64,000 nt of DNA, from the NCBI GenBank assembly GCA_030141605.1, contig JAQGDQ010000160.1:62001-126000 (forward strand). The letters are read 5' to 3'. This DNA comes from Tubiluchus corallicola (lineage: Eukaryota; Animalia; Priapulida). How positions within the stretch are numbered: position 1 is the first letter of the stretch; every line of letters begins with the position of its first letter. Both the position numbers and the translations under genes were made by a program. Positions 27,701 to 39,700 of this stretch are shown here, in pieces. Under the pieces are notes generated by a model that did not search any database, had not been told where the DNA came from, and saw nothing but the letters and a program-made list of their open reading frames with translations.

Positions 27701-30700
27701 ACAGCAAGTTCCTCCCTTAACAAAAACCACCATACATTTTAAAATTAAAAATTTTTCCACACTTAAACCAGGAGAAAAAACAGTAACACTTGAAGCAAAA
27801 CTGTAGAGGTGTGTGTGTGTGTGTGTCAATGTGCTTGCAAGCGTGCGTGCGTGCATGCATGCTTGCATGTGAGAGAGAGCGAGAGAGCAAGAGGCATCAG
27901 GAATGTTATCCATGTTAATTGTAAAAAAACACAAAAATAAAACAAAACAAAGAACCTCAGGTCAAGTTCAAGAAGTGAACTCACTAATGTTGACTGTAAA
28001 GATGATTAAAACAGTACAATGAAGGCTCGTGTTAAGTTCATCAACAGTGCAACAAAGACAGAAAAAGCTGGAAAATTGAATTTTGTTAAACTAGCTATGA
28101 CTACAAAATCACCATACTTGCACTTCAATGCAAACTGTTGCAGCTACTGCAATAACATAGCAATAGTTATTTTTTACATTTAGCTGTTAATAAACAAATG
28201 ATTTATAAGTGTAAGCAATAAATCTCATGAAACATTTAAGTAATTTTAGCTAAGCATTACGTGACTTTTACTTTGGACTCATAAGCATACATTCACAGCC
28301 ATTTCTACTGATGCATATAACCACGTCTTTATTTAAGGATGACTGATTTAACATTGTATCTTACCGTAACTTATTAGCATCAATAAACAAAGATTTTGTG
28401 CCACTTTTGGTCTTGCACAACAAGAAGCATGATGCTTGTTTCATCTTCATTTCAGCTCTCCAAAAAAATTAAAATGCAGAAACATGCAAAATTTAGCCAT
28501 TAAAGACATTTCCAGATCTTATTTGGGAAGCTTGTGGTATCAATTACATTTAATATTAATAGACTTGATAATGGACTTAACAGACTTGACCATAAAATAG
28601 TAAAGAGTTACTGTAGAGCACAGATGCCTGCATTTATTTATTTTTAATACAGCACTTTTAAGTTTGCAACTGAAAAAGGATTGTTAACGCAAATATGAGT
28701 TGGGTGACAATGGGTTACTGGAGTTAACAGGCAATGAGTATACCACACGATAAAACACAAGAAAGGGCTTACTTATGAACATTTAGCCATAATAGCTACC
28801 GCCATAACCAGAGGAATAACTAGTACCATATCCTCTGCCACCTAATCCGCCATAACTGCCATACGATCCCAAACCGCCTAACCCCCCAGTACCTCCAAGT
28901 CCATATCCACTGCTGTAATAGCCTCCACCTAAACCGCCAGATCCACCATATCCGCCAAGACCACCAAATCCACTACGGAAATTTCCAAATCCTCCTCCAA
29001 GTCCACCATAGCTACTATAGCCTCCTATTCCACCACCAAGACCCCCATATCCTGTACTGTAGCTCCTACCAAATCCACCAAGCCCACCAAGGCCTCCATA
29101 TCCGGTACTGTAGCTGGTACCAATTCCACCAAGGCCTCCATATCCACCACTACGGAAATTTCCAAATCCTCCTCCAAGTCCACCATAGCTGCTATAACCT
29201 CCTATTCCTCCACCCAGGCCCCCATATCCTGTACTGTAGCTCCTGCCGAATCCGCCAAGCCCACCAAGGCCTCCATATCCAGTACCATAGCTTCTACCAA
29301 ATCCACCAAGCCCACCAAGGCCTCCATATCCAGTACTATAGCTGCTACCAAATCCACCAAGCCCACCAAGGCCTCCATATCCACCACTACGGAAATTTCC
29401 AAATCCGCCTCCAAGTCCACCATAGCCACTACTACGGAAATTTCCAAATCCTCCTCCAAGTCCACCATAGCCACTATAACCTCCTATTCCTCCACCCAGG
29501 CCCCCATATCCACCACTACGGAAATTTCCCAATCCTCCTCCAAGTCCACCATAGCTACTATAACCACCTATTCCACCACCCATACCCCCATATCCTGTGC
29601 TGTAGCTCCTACCAAATCCACCTAGCCCACCAAGGCCTCCATAACCACTACTGTAGCTGCTACCAAAACCACCGAGTCCACCACCATATCCACCGCGGTT
29701 ATATACTCCACTACCCAGACCACCATAACCAGTGCTATAAGTTCTGCCATATCCACCAAGACCACCATAGCCAGTGCCATAGCTTCTGCCATATCCACCA
29801 AGCCCACCAAGACCAGTAGTATAAGTTGCACCATATCGGTTACCACCAAGCCCACCAAGACCAGTAGTATAAGTTGCACCATACCGGTTACCACCAAGTC
29901 CACCATATCCAGTATTATAAGTTGTACCATACCCACGATTGCCAAGGCCACCTAAGCCAGTTGTAGTGGTATATGTTGTGCGAGTGCCGGTAGTAGGCAC
30001 ACTATAACGAGTGCTAGTAGTTGATAAGGATGATGAAGGCTGCACATACTGACTGCCTAAACCAGTAGAACTAGTATATGTGGTGCGAGAACTGGTAGAA
30101 GGTGCAACATAACTGGCGCTACTACTGATTCCAGTGCCTGTGCCTGTGCTGGACAAGGAGTTCGTGTTGCTTTGCCATCCAGCAAAAGATGAAACAATCA
30201 ACTGGAACAAAAATGTTCTAAATCACTTCTTTCTACAATGCAAACACACCTCAACCATCATAATTAATAATATTTGTATCCATATCAAAAAGATATGCAC
30301 AGCACTGAACATGATGTGATGCTTAAAACTGTCTAATGGTATTTAAAGCATTTTACAAACAAATAAGCGTGTCACTTACAAAAAAAAACATATTTCAAAT
30401 TGTAGATCTTTGTCTCCTCAAGTACAAAGAGGTTAACATGCCAATAGTTCTACTAATTTAGTTACAAGGGTTCCTCCAATCTAACTTAAGTTGCAAGTTG
30501 AAGAAAATTATAAATCATAGAGATGTCTGATTTGTCAAATATCGGAAAATAAGATTAAATTGTGCTACAATCCAGCGAGCAAGAAGTAATTATGACTATT
30601 GAATTTGAAAGCTCTTCAACGACTTGATTTACGCTTTGCACACTCTCAGAATCCAGTAAAGTTGAAAACAGCGGGAAGATATCAAATATATAGAAAGAGG

Positions 30701-33700
30701 TGGGTGGCTAATGGAATTAATACAAATTAACGGAGGTCAATAAAATAGAAAAACCATGGTGCTTGGAAAAAACTATAAGTCTTCCATAAAGAGAATTGTA
30801 ATATATAATTTGTACTTACACCCAGCAGAACAATGAGTCTTAAATTCTGCTTCATCTTCACTTATCTAAAAATAAAATTTAAATCAACAGTGGTATAAAA
30901 CCTACAATGGTACAGAAACAGAAAATTGATACTTTTCAGCAAGTTTTAATTTAAGTAATTTACCCATTCATTAACTTTTTGTAAGTGAAGGCCTGAAAAC
31001 GTTGTTTGGGTTACAAAAAACAAAGGTGTCATATTAATTCCTTCAAGTAAAATTTCTACATCTACACTAATTTGTCAAGCTAGTCTGAAATAATCATAGA
31101 AAATAGGGAGTTTGAAAACAAATGTCTCTACTTGGAAAGCACAAAAAAAGTTCTCCAAACTTCAGTTTCAATCTTACTTCTAACAGCACTAAAAAGCAAG
31201 TAATCATTGCAATGGGAATGTTTAACACTTGATTTTTAGCTTGTTAATATAAAATATATTAAAAAATATTAAAGATCCAGTAAAATTTTGGACATACCAA
31301 TGTTATAAAACATGACTGATTATTTACAAATTTCAGTTCTTTTCTGTAAACGCCGAATTACTTAGATTCCAAACATTATACCTAAATCAAAATGTACAAA
31401 AAAAAATTCATACCTTGTAATTTGCCTCCTGAAGGGACGTGGTCAGGCTCACAGCAGAAGCAGAACGGTCAACCAATAAAATCAATGACCAAATCGCTCT
31501 TTTAAACTGATGTTATACATGGGTGATGCACATACAAGGTTAAACAACATTAAAAATTTCTTCTAGGCAGTAATAGCACCATGGGTTAAATGCAAGGTGA
31601 TACGGAAAACATCAAATGACAATTGCCTGCAGGCAAACCACTACAGATACCAGAGGACTAGAGACTAACAACAGGGAAAATGGCTGCATAAGTTCTATGT
31701 CTGAAAAACATACCAACTCAATCACTGACTGACTAATCAACTGAGTAATTGAAACACTGACTGACTAACTGAATGATTCCCTATATATAATAGTTCACTG
31801 GTTTACTAACTGGATGAGTGATGAATCAATTGATCACTAGCTAATTGGCTAAACTGAAGACTGACAAACTGATCACATACTAACTGAATGCCTGGCAGGC
31901 TGAGTATGGTGCAGTGATTGCTGGACGATTGACTGTTTGACTGACTGAGTGCCTGATAAGCTTACTTTCTAGCTGCTCAACTGCCAGACTAACTGTATTC
32001 TCAATGGAGAGTTACAGTGCTCACTTTACTGGTTGGTAACTGACTGAGTAAGTGATGATTGTCTACTGAATAAGTGACTGACTGACTGACTAACTAACTA
32101 ACTTAATGACTGACTTTCTACATTATTGATTCAGAAAGTGATTTATGACTAATGATTGACTGGTTTGTTGTATGATTGACTTATATGTTCGTTTGTGGTG
32201 AATGGCTGAAGAACCTGACTAAATCACTGACTGTGTGTTAGTTTGTTGAGAAAGTAAATGACAGTGATCGGTTTCTTGGCTTTGTGCCCCATTGGTTCGT
32301 TCTTCTGGCTAGCTAGCTGATTTACTAAATTTTTCTTGTTTGTTTAAATTGAAAGTCTGACAGTTGCTTGATTTATCGATTAGTGGCTTTCTCCCTGACA
32401 ACACCGATCATGTTCTATTTTTTGCTCTTAATAATATTTTATGTATTCAGATAAAATATAATCTTTATTTAGCTTATAAATCCTCTACCTTGGTATCGAA
32501 TTATGACCACACATTACCGCAAACTAGTGTCCAATTTACTTACGAAGTTCAATGACAAAGCAAAGAAGCAACATCACCGTCCACACAAGAATTTAATGAA
32601 ATTATTGTCGTCAATTCAAAAGTGAACAAAAAAACAAATTGCCTTGATGAGGAAAAAGCTTTGCACATATAAAATAAACTAAAGAACCACACAGATACGT
32701 TTGATTCTCTGGTTTACCTTGGTAATGTGGTAATTATGAAAAAAAATATAAAAAAAATTATGAAGATAGGCGAAAAAACTCAATTGAATAATAATATAAA
32801 CATGGTCACTTGATTTTTTTAAATGAATATCTAACACAAGTTCCAAAAACATCAACATTAAAACAGATTATTTTATTCAGCAATCTAAATTGAAACTCTT
32901 AACTAGGTAAGACAGGCAAACGGCGATCTCTAACATTTTACATTACAATGTAGTAATTATGTCAGCGAAAGTGCACAGGTTGAAAGCAAATTAACCCTGA
33001 ACAATAACATTCAGAATTCTGACAGCTATCGCAATGACCGATCTGCACTCATAATTCAAAAAGAACTACTAATTCGCCGTCGACGAATCTATATTACGTG
33101 CCTAGAATTTAAATGCACCACCATCTAGTCTGAAAGTTTCCTTTTCAGTATACAAGTGCACAACAAAGGTAATTATGATGATAAATAAATAACCTTGAAA
33201 AACATAACAGTATTCACAGATGCTTACGTACACAGCCTTGACAGATGAATGACAATTTATTTTGTTTAATTTCAGCACAGCTTTCACTTCTTTCTTCTCT
33301 GTACATCGTGGCTTGGAGTATACAAACTGAATTTCTCAAACAGCGTATTTTATTTGTTTTATTACAGTTTACAGTATGGATAGGGGTTAAGCATAAATGA
33401 CCGCTTTACCCCCCCCCCCCCCGATCTTCTCTGGATGCTTGAATCATTTTGAATTTTCTAGTAGGTGGTGGCGCTAACGATACAATCCGGGGAACACAAT
33501 ATTAGTGTGTTCTTCTTTGTACAACGAATAGTGTCAGGTTCTCTCAAAAATCCAATCTCACTACGTGCTTACCGTTATGATAAGTGGTAAGCATATTTAA
33601 GTCAAGAAAAACCGAGGTATGCAAAACACATTTTATTAGTCATACAGGGAATATAGGCTACTTCAACGACTTCTCATCTTTCATCAGCTCGTCTCTATAT

Positions 33701-36700
33701 TAATTTCATTATTCTATACAGAGATAATGTTTAATGACAATAACAAACCCAATTATTAAAAAATCCAACAATAAAGAAAAAAAAGTACGCGCCTAAGACC
33801 CTTTCTTTTCTTTGTTGGATTTACTAAACAGCATTAGATAAGCAAATGTACTTAGCGTAAACTAAATGAATGTATTGTGTGATACTCCAATTCTAACTTT
33901 TCAGCGTTCAGGTGTGTCTTTTGATTAGTATGCAAAGTCAGCTATATCGCTAGCCTTGAATTACTGATTCCGGTAGTAACGCAAGAAACCATAAAATAGT
34001 TTAAACATCTGTATTGAGAAAATTCATGCAAGCAGAACAAGAAACGCCCATTGCCGGTGGTAAACCACTTTTATGTACTTTGTGATCAAGCTCATTGCAG
34101 GACCGCTACGTTTTCAAGCGAAATAATAATAACGCAACAACCGAACTAGAAAATCCTGTGAACAGCACACAAAGCGGAATTTGGAATATCAGTTAACACT
34201 TACTCCCCCATTTAGTAAACTGACAGTGTAAGTCAAGGTCGGCTGTCTAGGAAAACTTACTTCCGAGAAAAATGCTATTAAAACACATCAAATTTAAATC
34301 AGTCAAAATGTCTAAGCGTTGATCAGATCAGAGCTCATGAGCGCTGGAACTCAATAGTGGAAGTCCACCTAACCGGAACTCATTAAGACAGCCGTGTCCA
34401 GATGCGAGCTTACTAGTGCTGGAGCTGACTAACAGCAACTCACCAGGCAGGAGCTTACTAGAGTTGGAGCTCACTAACAGCAACTCACCAGGCAGGAGCT
34501 TACTAGAGTTGGAGCTCACTAACAGCAACTCACCAGGCTGGAGCTTACTAGAGTTGGAGCTCACTAACAGCAACTCACCAGACAGGAGCTTACTAGAGTT
34601 GGAGCTCACTAACAGCAACTCACCAGGCAGGAGCTTACTAGAGTTGGAGCTCACTAACAGCAACTCACCAGACAGGAGCTTACTAGAGTTGGAGCTCACT
34701 AACAGCAACTCACCAGGCAGGAGCTTACTAGAGTTGGAGCTCACTAACAGCAACTCACCAGGCAGGAGCTTACTAGAGTTGGAGCTCACTAACAGCAACT
34801 CACCAGGCAGGAGCTTACTAGAGTTGGAGCTCACTAACAGCAACTCACCAGGCAGGAGCTTACTAGAGTTGGAGCTCACTAACAGCAACTCACCAGGCAG
34901 GAGCTTACTAGAGTTGGAGCTCACTAACAGCAACTCACCACGCAGGAGCTTACTAGAGTTGGAGCTCACTAACAGCAACTCACCAGGCAGGAGCTTACTA
35001 GAGTTGGAGCTCACTAACAGCAACTCACCAGGCTAGAGCTTACTAGAGTTGGAGCTCACTAACAGCAACTCACCAGGCAGGAGCTTACTAGAGTTGGAGC
35101 TCACAAACAGCAGCTCACCAGACAGGAGCTTAATAAGACTACAGCTCACGAGCCAACACTACCAACAACCCACCTATTTAGTTACAAACCAGGCTTAGCA
35201 TTTACTTAACTTTGGTCGCTAAGCACGCACAGTGTCCACTCAGTTATTCACTTATGAAGAGAAATAACAAATTTATTTGTGTTCCAGACAGTCTCACTGT
35301 GTTATTATGCCATTTCCACTGCACATTTTTACTCCATTTTTCTTACATAAGTTATAAGAAAGTTTATTATAGTTAAAATAATTGTGGCATGAATGGCCAA
35401 CTGCCTATTCGCACATCGTTACAAGAAAACACTAGCAGTCACAAAACACGACTGTAGGTATTATTGTTATTATTATTATTATTGTTGTTGTTGTTATAAC
35501 TAATGACTATAGGTAGTCATTAACAGACATGTTAGCATAACAAGCTCTGCTTGAAATTCTATTTACAGAAAGCTCATTCACAGCCTCTGCAGATGGGAAT
35601 AGATCCAGCACATTATTAACAAAAATAAATCATTAACTGAATGAAGGGTTGGAAAAATTGCGAGTCAACCAGGACTTGAACCCAGAATCTTGTGCTTTCC
35701 AGCACTTGTTCTACCATCTGAGTTACAAGATTAAGTGTGACAGGGCATTGAACGTTGGCTCACATAAGGTACAGCCCAGTGAGTTCTAGTCAACACACAG
35801 TAAGTTGTTAACAAACTGCTGGTTAAAAAAAGAGTGCATTATATTTAGGTCTAGCATCAAAAGACCAGAAAAAAATCGCGGAAAAATGTACGTACAACCA
35901 TATTCAAAGTTTCATTTGTATCTTGTAAACAGTTTATTTTCGGAAGTCCGTCTTATTCTGGACTCCTGAAAATGAACTGTGCAAATATAATGTCCAGCAC
36001 AGCTCAATAGCAATTTTTTGTATATCTGAGCACGATAAACAAACACTTATTTGATGCAAACGAATACATTCGAAACATATAATCATAAACCTTTTCTGTT
36101 CAATAGAAGATCAAATCAAGATCAGTGTCCCTATGAAGACCCTGAGTATTGTTTAGAAGAACTACTGTAAGTCTACATGTCAATACAAGTGCTTATTTTT
36201 CTAGTTTACAGACATTTGTTCTGTATTCTTTTAATCAATTGCTTGCAATGCATTAAAGAAGCTTTATTACTAATTTTATTTATGTATATTTGTAAGTTAT
36301 TGGAATTGTGTAAATTTTTTTTAACTTTATCATGCTTTGCATAACAAATAAAGCATAAAAACCTAAGACAGTTATACAGTTGCTTAACTGTTTCTTTGTT
36401 ACTTTTGTAACTTAGTCAACTAAATGTCGGCGATAAAATTACAACTTTTTACAAAACAAACAATAATTTTTTCTTAGCATAGTGATGCTGATAAATATAC
36501 ACATTCTGCCAGCTAAATTTGAAAATATCATAACATATCAATACCATCTTATTTGAAAAACTCAGTTTACCATGACTTATGACCATAACATTTTAAAAAT
36601 TGAGCTGAATTTTCGTGTATGAAAAATGAAAACTTCGTGGCAAGGTGCTCAACAGCTTTTTTAATCCAGTTCAACCAAAATCCAGCATTCAAAGGCATAT

Positions 36701-39700
36701 TAAAAATGTTTGTGGAGTGACTGGAATCTAACTCGTTATCATGAATACCTTTAAAAATGAGCCACTCATTGAACTCAATCTCACGAGATATTTACTCGCA
36801 TGTATCCACTCTCTCATGATATCACCCAGCTAGAAGCAGTTTAAAGATAAACTAACTTCTGTTAGTTCAAACATACATTATAATACCAACGTTCCAAATA
36901 ATGGTAGTAATACTATATTACGCACAATGTTATAACATGCATTGACTAGAAAAAGAATGTGTTATAAGCTGGTGCAATTTAGCACAGTAGATCAAATCCA
37001 TTAATCCCACAACTTCAATACTAAATTAGAAAATTTGAAAAATTTTGCAAATGAGTCGTTCTTACTTTTACGGCACTGTAAAAGCAGTGTCAATGCAGTG
37101 CACAGTTTGTGTGAATAGTTCAATCACTTATGTTTCTACTAATTAGCTTTTTTAGATACAGGTAAAATAACTTATTTACATTTATTCTAGTTAAAACTAC
37201 TTTCACTGATTTACAACTAAAAAATTTATTATAATTTTCAAGAACTTATTAGATGAATTTGCTGAAAAATGTGCACTGGCTGCATAACACTAATGAGAGA
37301 AGATCACTTCAATGTATATTTTTGAATGCTCACTACTTGCTAACCAAACTGGTGGCTGTCGTTATAAGTTTTTTCTAACAATTGCATTAAATTTTTTACA
37401 CATAATACAAATAATTATATAAGTGAATGTTATAAGAAAGTGCACCACTAAATATAAAATTTTGAAGAAAAGCCCATAAGGATCAAAAGTAATTTCCAAC
37501 AATTTGTGTTATGGAAAAACCTAAACGTACAAGAATTTTGAGGACTGAAAATTACAAAGAAGCTGCCAGTAAAAAAAAAATTGCTATAACAAATTTACAG
37601 ACAATTTCTGATATGTGCTCAGAATAATAATTCTGATCAATTAACTGATAAATAATACAATACTATACACAAAAAATAAAATGTGCAAGCCACAAAACAT
37701 TTATGTAAGCAACAAAGCGAGAAATGCGTTCCTACCTTGCGCTTTATCTTCCGCACGGATTTTTTCAGGATTTGCACTGCTAATGGCTGCAACGTCATTG
37801 AGGAGCGATCCCACTAACATTAGTTTGGCACCTTTCGAAACTTTTAACTCACGTAACGTTTGACTGTCTTTCGCTAAACCTTTGAACATCAACTTTTGCA
37901 TGGTTGGAGTAACACCTAATAAATAAAATACATTTTCGTGTGGAACACTTTAGTACATCATTCCACAAGATCAAAAAATGTTAACGCTCTATATAATACA
38001 TAAACACATCTACTGTAAATGTAAAACATCATTTACAAAGGAACAATAATTTTAGTATATCTAAGCCCACAAATTTATAGCTTTGTTTAAGGGCAAATGT
38101 ATTTATTAGTTTACTTTGTTACTGCAACAAGCAAAGAAAAAACACGTACAAAGATATGAATAATAGCACATTTAATAGCATGCTGAACACCACTGTAACA
38201 TTTCGACAAGAACATACCTGATTTTCACAGATTCTGAGAATTGTAAATTGAAACATATTTGTAATAAAAAAAAACAGAACTGCCAGTGAAAAATCAGCAA
38301 CATAACAGGCAGTTATCACCAATGAACAATGATATGTGTTAACACTTCCTGACAGATAACTCATTTAACTATGTATGGATTACAGACTTTAGAGAACGTA
38401 ATATCATGAACAGCCAACAAAAATAAATCCCATAATCGGGGACGGACACAGCAGTAAAAAAAATCAAAGAAAAATTCCCATAATTGACTAATTTGAACCA
38501 ATTCATGCTAAGGCTTGTTCTTCGTATATGTATAATCTATGTACTGCATCTAAATTAAACTGTTTATATATTAGCACTTTTGCATAAGGCTTTAATTTTT
38601 GCATATATTATTTATACCTGACTGACGCTGCTGTAATAGGAAAAGTGAGCATTTTCATTGTTTTATTTAATTGGCTGTGACAACATTATAAGAGCAAAAC
38701 CAAGTTAGAATGGCATTACTACTGAAAGTGAAAATGTACTTAAGTATAATATATTTTTACCTGTTAATGTGTGTACGTGGTTTTTTAACTGTGAAACAGT
38801 ATCGTCTAAAGGAAATATCACATCATATTTTTTCTTGTTAAATACAACTTTGAAGTCAACAGTCTCTTTGGGCAATGAGCTTCCTTCACCCTGGCTTACA
38901 TCAGTACTGCTACCTGGACAGTGGAAACAAAAAAATTTATTTGCTGGCTGTAATGAGTTTTACACAATTTGGCATTGTATCCAGATTGAACTAAAAAAGT
39001 GCTAATTTAATAAGCAAAATACAATTATGCCAACTGTAAGATTGCTAAAAGAAGATTAACATATTATATTAACAATGTAACAATGCAGATATTATAAATG
39101 GAACTTTAAAATTTGTCTAACATTGATAGCATTCTTTGTTGAAACTGAAACCATCGCCTACACCACTAATGAAGTATGCTGACTTCTTAAACAGTACTTT
39201 TTTCAGAACTAGAAGTGAGAATTATTTAGACACGTAAGTTGAGTCATGTATTTCTTAAGCAATGATTGATTATGCTTCTTAAAAAATCAAGAAGATGCAA
39301 AGCAAAAGATAAGTAGTGTAGCAAAAGATAAGTAGTTGCAACAATACAAATAGCATTATATCATTTTTGAGTGTCTACTACAAATCTAGTGCCTAAACAA
39401 GGAACAGGCAATGTTAATGAACAACCTAAAACTCTTGTAATAAACAGACAGAAAGTGATTGTTAAAAGCTTAATAGGAACACAGGATGATTTTTCATATC
39501 CTACACCATTTTAAAGTACAGTAAAAAGTATACGACGCCTATAATAATGTCAAATAATAATTCTCATAATTAAGTAAGAGATTAAAAGCTTACTTAACAG
39601 CTGAAAAGTGCAATTAATGATGGTATCACAAATGAACAATAGCGCAAATATTTGACAAGCGTCTTTATGAAAGAGAAAACGGAAATACAGTGCTATTGTA

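Noticed and set aside
24144-29951. ORFs 24144-24509 (+), 24188-24493, 29202-29474 and 29622-29951 (-)
   Set aside because: Shadow frames of the Gly/Tyr-rich exons (GGN/TAY codon bias suppresses stops); the true frames are fixed by the signal-peptide exons.
34328-35036. 231-aa and 206-aa ORFs on opposite strands over the minisatellite
   Set aside because: They are open only because the 45-bp unit lacks stops in those frames. They start at non-ATG codons, the plus frame is broken by a unit variant, and there is no splice or domain support.
34406-35132. CRISPR array
   Set aside because: Units are head-to-tail with only a 5-nt, mostly identical linker and no unique spacers; no cas genes; eukaryotic intron context.
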